The notes: generated by a model from the letters alone, not told the origin. A stretch of 64,000 nucleotides of DNA from Mobula hypostoma (GCF_963921235.1 NC_086101.1:9178001-9242000); one strand, 5' to 3'; counted from the stretch's first letter, positions 1 through 13,844 are shown. Made by a program: numbers and translations.

Positions 1-309
1 CAGTGATGCAGCCGGTCAGAATGCTCTCTACAGTACAACTATATGTACAACGAAACGTGGCTCTCTTAATGCATTCCTGCTGATTGATTGGTCGCAGTCC
101 AACATTGTCGTGCTCTATGACTCAATGCTTTTATGAGGAAGAGAGTCGAGTACTCGAGGGCACAGTCACAGATTAAAGGGATGTATCTTTAGACTGAAGA
201 TGGGGAAGAATTATTTTTCAGACTGATTGTGGTGAATCTGTGAAATTCCTTGCCTCAGAGGGCTGTGGAGGCCAAGTCAGTGGGTGGACTTTGGAGATTG
301 GAGTCCAAT

Positions 310-535
310 GCTGGCGTTCTCTGAAAGCAAATTTGTGCATTCCTTCCTGTGTGTGTGTGGGTTTCCTCTGGGTGATCCGGTTTCCTCCCACAGTGTGGGG
401 ATCTACCAGTTAATTGGTTAATTGTCATTGTAAGTTGTCCAGTGATTAGGCCGGGGTTAGGTAGGTGGTTTGCTGGGCAGTGGAGCTTGTTGGGCTGGAA
501 GGGTGTGTTATGTGCTGTATATCTAATCAAAATTT
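310..535 (+). mobile_element. HE1/V-SINE-like SINE (5' eroded)
   Basis: V-domain-like gtgggtttcctctgggtgatccggtttcctcccacagt, followed by a CR1-like tail. Confidence 0.65.
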
Positions 536-1537
536 AAAAAAAATAACTATCACTGACATGTTGTTTTGCAGTAGCGGTACAGAATAACAGATAAACATTA
601 TATAAATTTCAAGAAGAAATGTACACAGAAAATTAAATTAAATTAAAGTGAAAGGGGAAAGCAGAAAAGAAGTCAAGGTAGGTTTTTGATTGATGAGGGG
701 TGTTTAAGGGCAATGGAGAATGGGGAAACGAGGGAAGCCAAAATCAGCCAGAATTGAGTGGTGGAACAAACTCGATGGGCCAAATAGTCTAATTCGGCCC
801 CTGTATCTTGCTGCCTGATGGAGTGTGGGAAGCACGACATGGGATTAGTTGGTGCTTGATGGTCGGTGTGGAATTGCTGGGCTCAGGACCTGTGTGCAGA
901 TGCTGGAAATTTGAAAGACAGTAAGCAAACCCTGTGTGTAGCATGTCAAGATGTGGTCTAACCAATGGCCTACATAACTGAAGGAAATATCTCACTTTTT
1001 TGTATTCATTTCTGTTGGGCAGATAAATGACAGATAAAGATAATGTTTCGTATGAAAAGAGACAGTCAGATAGAAATGCAAACCAGACTGACAAATAAAG
1101 ACTTTGGCCTGCTGATTGTCAGGAATATAACACCTTCAGTGGTTTCACAGAAAAGGTGCATCATTTATACTATCTCTGGTTATGTGTCTGTGATGCTGCT
1201 GCGATGGAGTTTTCACTGTACTAGTACCTTGCTGCTCTTGATATCGAACTAAACCTGAGAAAATTGCCCAGCTTTTCACATCACAGACATCCCGTGCCCG
1301 CTGGGCTGGAGCTGGAGGTCTGTGCTGCGGTTAAAGACTGTGTTTGTACGAGGGAGGAATGAGGCTTCTTCTTGCTGTTGTTTTGTTGCTTGTTGTGTTC
1401 CGTGTTGCTCTGCCGGGCATTGTGGGCATGCTGTGTTGGCACTGGTATGTGTGGCGACACCTGCCCCCAGCACACCCTTGGGTGCGCTGGTAGTTAATAC
1501 AAACGACGTATTTCACTGCATGCTTATATGTGGGAGA

Positions 1538-2076
1538 GACCCCCGTTGATCGGGGTCTACCATGAACGATGCGTCCTGGCTATCTACAGCGTATACGCAA
1601 GGCAGGGCAACACAATATGGAGAGTAAGGTGGTGCCTCTGTATCAGGCTCCGCCGCTGATCGATCCAAAACTACAGCAGAGACCAATACAGGTTGGCACC
1701 AGCAGTGTTGCAGGAGTTGCCAGTTTGCACTGAACTCAGCGCAGGCCTGTCATTGGGACATCATCTCCAGATTTTTCCTCGAGGTTTACTCCCAAAGCCT
1801 TCTCTGTGAGTAGGTGTAGCCTCAAGGCAGCGGAGGTTTCAGATCAGAGTTTTCATTCTCCCATGTGCACCTCCAACCATGGCTGAGGAGCCGCATTTTC
1901 CCAAACCGACTGGTTTAAGGCAGCAGTAACCCGCCTTTGCCCATCCTCCTGTCAGTAGAAGTGGCTCCATGGGATTAGTAGCGAAGGCAGGGTTGTCAGA
2001 GGCTATTTCAGACACACAACATTGGTAGGTAGTGGAAGCTTACCACTGCACCCACCCCTGGCAATGACAACCTTAA
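1538..2076 (-). mobile_element. Non-autonomous RTE-derived element
   Basis: Homologous to 33711-34313. Possible GGAGA TSD at 1533-1537 and 2077-2081. Contains the RTE 5'UTR-like motif ggagaatgaaaactctgatctgaaacc. Confidence 0.55.
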
Positions 2077-3633
2077 GGAGAATGTTTTGATGCGTACATG
2101 AGAAATAAACTTGAATCTTGAATTCCTTTTCTTCTCTGCTGCTGAGACTGACAGCATCGGAATTGAACTCTGAACTCTGAACTCTGATGCCCCGAGCTGC
2201 AAAACAACCGTGATTATTGGTCTGATCTTTCTGTTTTTTTTTGTAGTTTTAGATTTCTGAAGTATTCTTCAGCTTCTTACCGTTTCTCTCCCCACTTGCT
2301 CTGAGCTGTTGAGAATTTCCACCGTTCACTGATCTAGTTTTCAGAATCAGGCTGATTATCCCCGTCGTATATAAAAGTAAAAGACAAAGTAAAATTCATT
2401 ATCAACGCATATTTTTAGTATGTTACCAGATAGTACCTTGAAATTTATTTTCTTGTAGGCATTGACTGGAAAATAAAGACAGTAGAATATATAAAGAACT
2501 CCACATAAACAAAGACTGATAAACAACCAATGTGCAAGAGAAGACAAATCGTGCAAATAATTAACAAATAAATAAATAACAATACTGAGAACATGAGCTG
2601 TCGAGTTCTTGAAAGTGAGGCTCTCGGTTGTGGAATGAGTTCAGTGTTGAGGTGAGTGATGTTATCCACACTGGTTCAGGAGCTGATGGTTGTCGGGTAA
2701 TAACTGTTCCTGAACCTGGTGGTGTGGGTCTCAGGCTCCTGTACCTCCTGCCCGATGGTCAAAGTGAGAAGACAGCGTGAGGTGACAGGACTTTCCCGAG
2801 TCTGACGAAGGTCTCAGCCCAAAATATCGACTGTTTATTCCTCTCCAAGAATGCTGCCTGACCTGCTGAGTTTCTTCAGTGTGTGTGTTACTCAGGATTT
2901 CCAAAATCTTCGTGTCTATGCTTTTTTACACAAGTTTTTACACAAAACATGGTGTATTTTTGGAATGAGCTGATGGAGGAAGTGGTTGAGGCTGCTGTAT
3001 TAACAACTTTTAACAGGTGGTTGGACAGGTACTTGGATAGAACATGGAACATTACAGAACAGCAGGCCCTTCAGCCCACAATGTTGTGCTCACCTTTCAA
3101 CCTGCTCCAAGATCAATCTACCCTTCCCTCCGTTTTGCTGTCGTCTATGTGCCTGTCTAAGTGTCTCTTAAATGTCCCTAAAGAATCTGCCTCCACCAGC
3201 ATCCCTGTCACCACTAATCCGTGCGAAAAAAACCTACCTCTGACATCCACCCTACCCTTTCCTTCAAACACCTCAAAAGTTATGCCTTCTCGTATTAACC
3301 ATTTCTGCCCTGGGAAAAATACGCTAGCTGTCCACTCTATCAACTATTTTTATTGGATAGGAAAGTTTTAGATGGTTATGAATCAATGCTGGCAAATGTG
3401 ACTATACATTATGATGGCAGAATATAGTATTAATGGTAAGACTCTTGGCAGTGTGGAGGATCAGAGGGATCTTGGGGTCCGAGTCCATAGGACACTCAAA
3501 GCTGCTGCGCAGGTTGACTCTGTGGTTAAGAAGGCATATGGTGTTTTGGCCTTCATAAATCGTGGAATTGAATTTAGGAGCCGAGAGGGAATGTTGCAGC
3601 AATTTAGGACCCTGGTCAGACCCTACTTGGAGT

Positions 3634-4362
3634 AGAATACAATAGAATATCTTTATTGTCATTGTTGTGGAGCAATGAAACACAGTTTAGCAGCTCAACA
3701 TTTTGCAGCATGACAAAGAACATATACATAAAATAAACTCTAAAACATCAGGAGTGCAGTCCAAAATTAATAATATTATGGATTGGGGCGGGGGGGTGGT
3801 GGTGGTAGGACTATTGCACACCTTCCATTCCTGGAAGTGTGATGCATTTAGCTGCCGCCGTCTTAGGAGGGGGGCAGGAGAAGGGAAGGGGGTGTTATAC
3901 ATTTCACTGCTTGTGGGTAGAAGCTGTTAAGGAGTCTCTTTGTTTTCATCCTTAATGCTCTGTATCTCTTCCCAGAAGGTAGAGGGGAAAACAGGTGATG
4001 TCCAGGATGAGTGGGATCCTGTGAAATACAAGTAGCCTTCTTTTGAAGTCTGCCAGTATAAATGTCTCTGAGGGAGGGTAATGTTGTGCCAATAACCCGC
4101 TCTGCTACCCTCACCACCCGCTGCAAGTCCTTCCTGTTCTGATCTGTGCAGCTGGCAAAGCACACTGCACAGCAATACGTCAGGAGGCTCTCTATAGTTG
4201 TCCGATAGAAGTTGATCAGCAGGTGATGAGGGAGGAGAGCGTGCTTTAGCATCCTTAGGAAGTAGAGCCTCTGTTGGGCCTTCCCCACCTGATAAAGAGA
4301 TACGGGCAGCCCAGGTGAGGTCAGCCGAGATGTGGACGCCGAGGAACTTGAAACTCGAAATT
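3634..4362 (-). mobile_element. Rex1/Babar-like LINE 3' fragment, between CR1 fragments (3403-3633 and 4366-4630, plus)
   Basis: FKFLGVHISADLTW...KAQQRLYFLRMLK...FYRTTIESLLTYC...LQRVVRVAERVIG, with a (TATTC)n-like tail. Confidence 0.8.
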
Positions 4363-5499
4363 GTCTGGATTGGGGAGCACACCTTATGAAAACAGGTTGA
4401 GTGAACTTGGCCTTTACTCCTTGGAGTGGCGGAGGATGAAGGTGACCTGATAGAGGTGTATAAGATGATGAGAGGCATTGATCATGTGGATAGTCAGAGG
4501 CTTTTTCCCAGGGTTGAAATGGTCGCCACAGAAGGACACAGGTTTAAGTTGCTGAGGAGTAGGTACAGAGGAGATGCCAAGGGTAATTTTTTTACGCAGG
4601 GAGTGGTGAGTGCGGGGAATGGGCTGCCAGGACACTGGGTCAAACGCCCCGGAATTATTCAGTTTTATGTGTTTAAGCTGGCCAGATTCCTTTGTAGCGT
4701 CATTATGTTTCTGGAGATGACTATTCTCCACCCTGAATTCCCCAGCTTCCATCACCTTCTCCACAGTAAATAGAGATGAGAAGTATTTATTTCAGACCTC
4801 ACCCATCTGCTGTGTAGTGATCTCCCACAGAGATGAGCACACTGATCCTTCGGGGATATATTCCTTCACCAGTTACACTCAGGCTCATTGACTCTCTTTG
4901 GAATCTCCTTTGGCCGGATTTGAGGATCTGAGTTACAGGGAAAGGTTGAATAGGTGAGGACTTAACTCCCTGGAGCGTAGGTGAATGCAGATCCGATTTG
5001 ACAGAGATATACACAATTATGTGGTATAGTGTATATAGAGGCTTTTCACTGTGTTTGGATGAGACTGCAACCAGAGTTCATAGGGTAAGGGTGAAGGGTA
5101 CAATATTTAAGGGGAATCTGAAGGGGAAGGTGTTCACTGAGAGGATGGAGCGAATGTGCAATGGGCTGTCGGCGCAAGTAGTTCAATTGCAATATTGAAG
5201 TCTGGAAACTACATGCATGGGAAGGGTATGGTGGCCTATTCCAGGTGAAGGTCAATTTGACAAGGCAGATAACAGTTCGGACCGACTAGATGGGCTGAAG
5301 TATCTTTTTCTCTGCTATAGTGCTCTATGATTTGATGCCTATTTGCAGAAATTGTCTTCATTTGCACATTGATGGCTTGTTTTCATTCATGTATATTTCT
5401 CCCGAATTTCTATTATATTTGTTTATTTTGCTGTAAATACTGACAAGAATTTCAAGGTCGTACATCGTAACATATACGATAATAAATTTACTTTGACTT

Positions 5500-8340
5500 T
5501 GCTCCAGCAGAGCGGTGCAGAATTTTGAGCCTGCCTTCCTGCAGTACCGGGTCCCAGACGCAGGAGGGGATTCTGCACCGAGAAACTGACCAGATATTCC
5601 GGCTGCTCGAATTGAACGCGGCACTGCCAGAACCGAAATTTCACACATTCATCAGCTGAAATGGCGGAGTCCTGAATTCAGGACATTATCAACCATTAAC
5701 TACAGTTTTACAAAACAGCATAACATCAGATCGGACGGAAATGTAGATGTTGGAAAATTCAACAAATTCCCTAACTTCCACACCCAACATTTTAATCATA
5801 GGCAAGTCATCAGAGCTCACCAATCTCCCATGGTTCCAAACGGACACTGATTATTTAGGGGACTTTTTATCTCCTCAGTTATACGTTTGATCTAAATATA
5901 ATTCTAAACTGCTTTATGACTGACTCACCTTTGCAGCCAACTCTGGGAGACTGCTGGAGAAGGTGTATTTCTCTGTGCGGCCAGCAGGTGGGAGTATTGC
6001 TCCAGTTATTCGCTCTCACACTCTGCTTTCCTCCAGTCGGGACAGAATGTGCCAACAGATGCCAAGTGCACACTCGCCGCTCCCCACAGTCCAGGAGGAG
6101 TTGTGCGGAATTATTCTGATCCACACCCCAGGTCTTCTTACCACAGGGAGCATCACAGACTGAGGGGATCACAAGGTACAGAAGTCTGGGGCACTGATTC
6201 AGCAGCTGTCGAGGAAAAAGTCAATAATAACAATTGACACAGACATGACAGACAGTCAGAGTCTCTTTATCCTCAGTGCGAGAATGTCAATTCCTACAGG
6301 GAATAAATATAAGGTGAGAGGAGAAGGTTTAAAGGAGATTGATGAAGCAAGTTTTTTTAACACAGAGAATGATAGGTACCTGGAACTGTCAGGGGAGGAG
6401 GTGGAAACAGATACAACAACAACATTTCAGTGGTATTTAGACAGAAACACATGAACAGACAGGGAATGGAGGGTTGTGGACCATGTACAAGGAGATGGGA
6501 TGAAATTGAATTGGCACGATGTTCAGCCCAGACTTATGGGCCGAATGGTCTGTTCCTGTGCTGTATTGTTCAATATTCTATGCTCAGCAGCTGTGGACAG
6601 AACTGTCAACAACAACAACAACTGGTATTCATAGAAACATAGAAACATAGAAACATAGAAAATAGGTGCAGGAGTAGGCCATTCGGCCCTTCGAGCCTGC
6701 ACCGCCATTTATTATGATCATGGCTGATCATCCAACTCAGAACCCAGCCTTCCCTCCATACCCCCTGACCCCTGTAGCCACAAGGGCCATATCTAACTCC
6801 CTCTTAAACATAGCCAATGAACTGGCCTCAACAGTTTGCTGTGGCAGAGAATTCCACAGATTCACCACCCTCTGTGTGAAGAAGTTTTTCCTAATCTCGG
6901 TCCTAAAAGGCTTCCCCTCTATCCTCAAACTGTGACCCCTCGTTCTGGACCTCCCCAACATCGGGACCAATCTTCCCGCATCTAGCCTGTCCAATCCCTT
7001 TAGAATCTTATACGTTTCAATCAGATCCCCCCTCAATCTTCTAAATTCCAACGAGTACAAGCCCAGTTCATCCAGTCTTTCTTCATATGAAAGACCTGCC
7101 ATCCCAGGAATCAATCTGGTGAACCTTCTTTGTACTCCCTCTATGGCAAAGATGTCTTTCCTCAGATTAGGGGACCAAAACTGCACACAATACTCCAGGT
7201 GTTCCAGGTACAGTCGCTGTGTAAATGCAGTAAAGTGTCCCGGGCACTTACACAGACGTGTTTCTCACTGGATACAAAAGTAAAGAATACAACAAACTCA
7301 TATTGTTACATGCATTGGAGACAGTGGAGTGAATACAGTCAACACGGGGTACAGAGGATGCTCTACACAGAGTGCATTGGTTACCGCTCCCCTGTGTAAT
7401 CCAACAGACTGAAGAACAAAAAATTAAAACACACAAAGATCGATTTGTGTTTCAAGAAAATGAGAAACAGGAGCAGGAATGACCATTCGGCCCTTTGCTC
7501 CTGCTCTGCCCTTCACTCAGAACATGGCTGATCATTGACCTCAGCGCCAATTTCCTGTACCATCCCATCATCATTGTTCACCTTAAATCCAGAAATCTTT
7601 CGCTGAGAATTCCAAATATTCCTCATCTCAGGCCTGCTGAGGTGACCTCTGGTTGTGAACCTGTGACCCCTGGTTCCACAACCCATCCAGGGGAAACATC
7701 ATTCCTGCCTCTACCCTGTCAATACCCAGTGAGACTGTGTCTGTGCCAGTGAGACCGCCTCTTATTCTTCTAATTATGAGACAGTCTCAGTCAGTCTAAT
7801 CTCCCTGAGGACACAACCTGGAAAGGTAAACCCTTAAAGTAAGAGAGTTAAAGTTGAACCAGGATGTTCAAGGCATGTTTTTGGACAGAATGAGTGGTAT
7901 CTTCCTGGAATGCGCAGCCGGGATGGGGAGTGGTGGAAGCAGATACGATCCTGATGTTAAACAGACATTTAAACAGGGAAATGAACAGACGGTGAATGGA
8001 GGATAAGGATCATTTGCAGGCAAACTTGATGACATCATGGTCAGCATAAACAGCGTGGGCAGAATAGTCTGTTCCTGTGTTGTACTGTTCTGTGTTCAGT
8101 ATTTGAAATATCATAACCAGGGACCCAGCAATTTCTTCCCTGGATTCCCACCATGACAGAGGATACACTGGGTCAGACCCTGGGATTTATTCATCTTTAT
8201 ATATTTAAGCTGGCCAGCCTCCTTTGTAATGTCGGTATGTTTCAGGACATTCGTATTCTCCTCCCTGAATTCCCCAGCTTCCATCTCTTTCTCCACAGTA
8301 AATACAGATGAGAAGTATTTATTTCATACCTCACCCATAT
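5500..8340 (+). repeat. Segmental duplication, copy 1 (paralogue at about 32100-35770)
   Basis: Colinear similarity across both unique and repeat-derived sequence, with the two copies differing by copy-specific insertions. Confidence 0.9.
6630..7203 (-). mobile_element. Young CR1 LINE 3' end
   Basis: QFWSPNLRKDIFAIEGVQRRFTRLIPG...; (TTTCTATG)n tail at 6630-6660. Near-identical to 46430-47000. Absent at the paralogous site near 34610. Confidence 0.9.
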
Positions 8341-8461
8341 ACTTGTGAAGATCCAGGGAAGAAACTGCAGGGGCCACACCTGAGATATTTGGAACATTAA
8401 ACAGAACAGTACAGCACAGGAACAAGCCATTTGGCAAGGGATCGCGGGGCAACTCGCCGAC

Positions 8462-9552
8462 TGTCATGGTCCGGTCCGTGAAATCCACATTCCAGTTCAC
8501 GGTGTGGTCCTTGGATTCAGGACTCTGGGTCTTCCAGCTGACCCTTGTTTGAGTTAATCATAGGCACCTGATTCCCATCTTTGGGCTTGGAATATAAGGA
8601 GCCTTGGGATTGAGTGTGGGCTGCTGGTTTGTGTTGTCAGTCCCCCTTAGAGCAACCTGCTGACAGAAGGTTAGTGAAACTATTCATGATCTCGAGGCCT
8701 GGTTGGAGGACCACTGCTTCATGGAGCCTTGTTGCCACTAGTTGGAGTGGTCTTTGCGGTATGGATTTGGCTGTTTCCCGGGCCAGCTGAGTGGCTGCCA
8801 GCCACTCTGAGCTAGGTAGGGATCCAGCTGTTTCTGTAGCCAGCTGAGGTTGCTGGCTGAACTGAGACCCGGAGCTTCCCCGGAGCAGTGAGGAACTGTG
8901 TATCGTTCTGTGGTGTTCGTCTCTTCTTGTCCTCGCCTCTGGGGTAAGTCAGGCCGTTTTGCCGTTGCCCTGGATGGGGGGGGGGGGGCGGTGGACCTGT
9001 CTTGTCTTGTACCTGCCTTTGTTGGGTAAATCCGGCTGTACTGCCATTACCTGATGGGGAGACCTGTCCCACCTTGGTGTGGAGATGAAGTTGAGACCTG
9101 GCTTGTCGAAGGATAAGTCCTGGCTTTATGTTGGTGTTCGGTTCCCAGTCTGTCCCTAGGCTCCAAGAGCCCAAGCCTCGAGGATCCCGCGGCCAGGCTC
9201 CAAGAGCCCAAGCCTCGAGAGCAAAGACCCCTGCCTGTCTCCAAGCTCAGGCCTCTCGACCCAGCCATGTCCTGTCCTGAAGCCATGTCATGTCCTTGCC
9301 TGGTTCTGGGGTCCGAGTCCGAGGCAAGACCCAGGATTTGGGTCCTTGTCCAGTCTCGTGCTCGGAGTCCAAGCCTTGTCTCCTAGTCCATAGCTCCTAG
9401 TTTTGTTTCTTCTTTCCCTAGCCCAAGTCTGCGTTCTTGTCCCTGCGCCTTTCCTGAATCCTGTCACGTCCCTACTCTAGTCAAGTCCTGTTCCTTGTAC
9501 TTCAGTGTCTGTGTCTCGCATCTGGATCCGTTCCCAGCACCCCACTGTGACA
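8462..9552 (+). mobile_element. Solo LTR (Gypsy-like), inserted in another LTR-like remnant (8433-9862)
   Basis: TGTCA...TGACA termini, 5-bp TSD CCGAC, TATA-like aatataagg near 8591. The host remnant ends in gggttaca at 9862. Confidence 0.8.
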
Positions 9553-10109
9553 CCGACTGGATAAAATATTTGCTTGTGGTTGTTGCCATGGTCAGTATTT
9601 TTTTTCGGATGCGACGTGAGAATGGAACAATAGACTGTTTCAGAGAATGGGCCCTTTTCTTTTGTTGTCTCTTTGCTAACTATATACTCAAATTAAGAAT
9701 TATAAACCTAACGCTTAATCACACTGTGTACTGTTTGTTATTTCCCTGATTTTTAATAGGGGACACATTGCGCAGCATCCACACAAACAAGATTTCTGAA
9801 GTTTGGCCGATCTGGGGGCTGTCATCCACTAAATTAAGCTGCTAGCCGAACCGAGGGTTACACATCTCTATCAGGTCACCTCTGATTCTCCGGAGTTTGA
9901 GGAAAATTGGTATGTCACTCAAGACACTGTCAAGTTTCTACAAAAGGCAGTACTCTGCTGAGGGCAAGATCCTTAACAGTGTTGCTGAGCAGAAAGTTGA
10001 TAACTCCGTGAATACAAAAGTCAATAGTATGGCTCAGAAGGCTTATAGAGTAGTTGCTTTTATTACTCGAGGTAGAGTTCAAAGGTGAAGAGATTTTGTT
10101 ACAACTTAA

Positions 10110-11425
10110 TAATAGACAATAGACAATAGGTGCAGGAGTAGGCCATTCGGCCCTTCGAGCCAGCACCGACATTCACTGTGATCATGGCTGATCATCCACA
10201 ATCAGTATCCAGTTCCTGCCTTATCCCCATAACCTTTGATTCTGTTATCTTTAAGAGCTCTATCCATCTCTTGAAAGCATCCAGAGACTTGGCCTCCAGC
10301 CTTCTGGGGCAGAGCATTCCATATATAGACCACTCTCTGGGTGAAAAAGTTTTTCCTCAACTCCGTTCTAAATGGCCTACCCCGTATTCTTAAACTGTGG
10401 CCTCTGGCTCTGGACTCTCCCATCAGAGGGAACATGCTTCCTGCCTCCAGCGTGTCCAATCCCTTAATGATCTTATATGTTTCAATGAGATCCCCTCTCA
10501 GCCTTCTAAATTCCAGAGTATACAGACCTATTTGCTCCAATCTTTCGACATATGACAGTCCCGCCATCCTGGGAATTAACCTTGTGAGCCTACGCTGCAC
10601 TCCCTCAATAGCAAGAATATCCTTCCTCAAATTTGCACACAGTACTCCAGGTGTGGTCTCACCAGGGCCCTGTACAGCTGCAGAAGGACCTCTTTGCTCT
10701 TATACTCAATTCCCCTTGTTATGAAGGCCAGCATGCCATTAGCTTTTTTCACTGCCTGCTGTACTTGCATGCTTGCTTTCAGTGACTGATGTACAAGAAC
10801 ACCCCGATCTCGTTGTGCTTCCCCTTTTCCTAACTTGACTCCATTTAGATAATAATCTGCCTTCCTGTTCTTACCACCAAAGTGTATAACGTCACATTTA
10901 TCCACATTAAACTGCATCTGCCATGCATCTACCCACTCACCCAGCCTGTCCAAGTCATCCCCTTCACATTTCACACTGCCACCCAGCTTTGTGTCATCGG
11001 CAAATTTGCTAATGCTACTTTTAATTCCCTCATCTAAATCATTAATATATATTGTAAGCTGCTGCGGTCCCAGCACTGAACCCTGCGGTACCCCGCTGGT
11101 CACCGCCTGCCATTCTGAAAGGGACCCGTTAATCGCTACTCTTTGTTTTCTGTCAGCCAGCCAATTTTCAATCCATGTCAGTACTCTGCCCCCAATACCA
11201 TGTGCCCTAATATTGCCCACTAATCTCCTATGTGGGACTTCATCAAAGGCTTTCTGAAAGTCCAGGTACATTACATCCACTGGCTCTCCCTTGTCCATTT
11301 TCATAGTTACATCCTCAAAAAATTCCAGAAAATTAGTCAAGCACGATTTCCCCTTCGTAAATACATGCTGTCTCGGACCAATCCTGTTGCTGTTATCCAG
11401 ATGTGCCGTAATTTCATCTTTTATA
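10110..11425 (-). mobile_element. CR1 LINE RT/3' fragment
   Basis: YLDFQKAFD, GVPQGSVLGP and KFADD motifs; (TGTCTAT)n tail. Confidence 0.9.
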
Positions 11426-11915
11426 GTTGACTCTGGTTAGGCCACATCTGGAGCACTGTGTACAGTTCTGTTCGCCTCACTACTGGAAGGATGTGGAGTC
11501 TTTGGAGAGGGTGCAGAGGAGGTTTATCAGGATGCTGCCTGGTTTAGAGGGCATGTGGTATCATGGGAGGCTGGACAAACTTGCGTTGTTTCCTTTGGAG
11601 CAGCGGAGGCTGAGAGGAGATCTGATAGAGGTTGAAAAATTATGAGCGGTGTAGATAGAGTAGATAGGGAGAATCCTTTTCAGGTAGAAACGTCTAACAC
11701 CTGAGGGCATGCAATGAATGGGAGAGTGGTTAGGTTCAAAGGTGATGTGAGGGGAGGTATTTTACTCAGTGTGGTGGGTGCCTGGAATGCGCAGCCTGGT
11801 GTGGCATTAGAGGCAACCTAATAAGAGACTTTTAAGAGACATTTAGATAAACACATGAATATGAGGAAGATGAAAGGATGTGGACATCGTGTAGGTAGGA
11901 TGGATTCGTTTTGGA
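11426..11915 (+). mobile_element. CR1 LINE 3' fragment
   Basis: LVRPHLEHCVQFCSPHYWKDVESLERVQRRF. Confidence 0.8.
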
Positions 11916-11931
11916 GTGTTTTCGGGAGCCT

Positions 11932-12350
11932 CGACCGTGGTCCTTCCCCACAGAGCATTTCTAGTGGGTGCAACGAGCTTCTCTGCGTCCCGCAGCATAT
12001 CCTCGCAACCTGGACTGTGCCCGTCAGCAGCGTTCCCTTACGGACATCTGGCTCTGCTGGAAGACCAACAGGTCTCAGCCGGACCAAAGGGAGACACCCA
12101 CCAAGTTGGTGACCTTTCTGCAGCACTTGATATCCGTTTTTCTGTGCGATCCTGGGAACAGCCCGAATATCAGGGAATCCTCTGTCATACAGCTGGTCGG
12201 GATGAACCCTGACACGGGCCCTTGCATCTTGCTCCACAGCACAGACCTCAGAGGTTAGCAACAGAATTGTCCCCAATACCGTCATCCGCCGGCAGCGCAC
12301 AATGGGAGTAATGGTCCTGACATGCAGCAAGGATCTGAACAGTCCTGCTG
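11932..12350 (-). mobile_element. L1/Tx1-like ORF2 C-terminal fragment
   Basis: Frameshifted RSLLHVRTITPIVRC... / WSKMQGPVSGFIPTSCMTEDSLIFGLFPG...SLWS*DLLVFQQ...ALWGRTTV resembles the C-termini of Tx1-type ORF2. Confidence 0.6.
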
Positions 12351-12351
12351 T

Positions 12352-12487
12352 CACATAATGATACTGAAGAACCTATTCATGCCTTTATATTGAACAGACT
12401 AGATTACTGCAATGCCCTGTTTACCGGCCTTCCAAAGTAGTCTATTGACAAACTTCATCTCATTCAGAGACGCCGCTGTTAGACTCG
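12352..12487 (+). mobile_element. L2 LINE fragment
   Basis: IHAFILNRLDYCNALFTGLP, a hallmark of L2 RT C-terminal regions. Confidence 0.7.
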
Positions 12488-13366
12488 CGTTGCCACCATT
12501 TAGTGACATTATTTTTCTTTTTTGAAGGTGTCCTGGATATGAAGTAGGCTCGTGCCCTGATGCAGTTTGCTGACTTTACAACTTTTCAGATGGTTTAGTA
12601 CAACATTGTGGGCTGAAGGGCCTGTTCTTTTCGGTGTTCTATGGGAAGAGCATTCTAACTGGCTGCATCAGTACCTGGTAAGGAGGGGGAACTGCACAGG
12701 ATCGGATAAAGCTGCCGAAGGTTGTAAAGTCACGAAAGCACATACCAGATTCTGGAAATCCAGGAAACGCACATAAATTGCTGGAAGAACTCAGCAGGCC
12801 AGGCAGCATCTATGGAAAAGAGTATTGTCAATGTTTCGGCCGGAAACAGCGACGATAATATTTTCCATCGGAAATGCCTGGTCTGTTGAGTTCCTCCAGT
12901 ATTTTGTGCGTTTCGCTCCGAATGCTCAGGGTCCCGCCTACTGACCAATCAGAAACGGCCACTCCACGGCCGGATCTGTGATTGGTCAGGAGTGTGACTG
13001 GTGTGTGCCTTCATGAATTGCAGATGTCAGTCTGATGGAAGTGTGGAGTTGTTCTAACAATCGCAATAAGTTCCCATAGCTACCATCTCACTCCCTTCGT
13101 TTACGGCCCACTCGAGGTGAACTTAAAAAAACTTGGTGCCACACATTATTTGGCGTCAGATTCAATTGTATCTTTGTCTGAAAGGAAGAGGCAAATAGAA
13201 GACCATAAGACAAAGGAGCAAAATTAGGCCATTCAGCCCATCGAGCCTCCTCCGCCATTCCATTATGTCTGATCCCGGATCCCACTCAATCCCATACACC
13301 TGCCTTCTCGCCATGTCCTTTGATACCCTGACCGATCAGGAAACGATCAACTTTCGCCTTAGATAT

Positions 13367-13844
13367 CGTCAGGGCGCTGGAGCAGGGATCCAATCGCAGA
13401 CCCAGTACTGTGCACACAGTGATATTAATTGAGTAACAAATCCCGAGGTTCAAACAAAGTCGGCGTCAGAGTTCAGGAAGAGATCAAAACATCCAGAGAA
13501 ATCCAAAAACCGGAATCGGGAAACAGGCAGAGTCGATATTCAGACGGACAGAGTACAGATATGAATGTTGGAAAGGCTCAGGAAAACTCACTGGCAACAG
13601 ACAGGTGAAAACACAGGACTGAAATACACCGAGCAGTAAACAGAGGCAGATGATAGGTGGAGCACAATGAGACAGAAGTGGCAGCAAAACAGGTAATAGG
13701 GAGAAGCAGATGAGAGACAGTACTGAGTAATACAGGGGCCAGAGCAGAGCAGGAGCGGGGACAGGAGCACATGGCAATACAAACCGACAGAATGACAGCC
13801 GGAGGAAACACACAAAAAGACCGAGTTCATCTGGACTACTGACA
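13367..13844 (-). mobile_element. Solo LTR (478 bp) inserted in a minus-strand CR1 (about 13198-14380)
   Basis: (C)GTCAG...CTGACA termini and a 5-bp TSD GATAT (13362-13366, 13845-13849). CR1 sequence resumes across it. Confidence 0.75.

Noticed and set aside
5879..6237. Short ORFs in the duplicated core (also 33126-33449) as a novel gene
   Set aside because: Frames and ends are not maintained between the two copies and there is no convincing splice structure. A regulatory explanation fits better.
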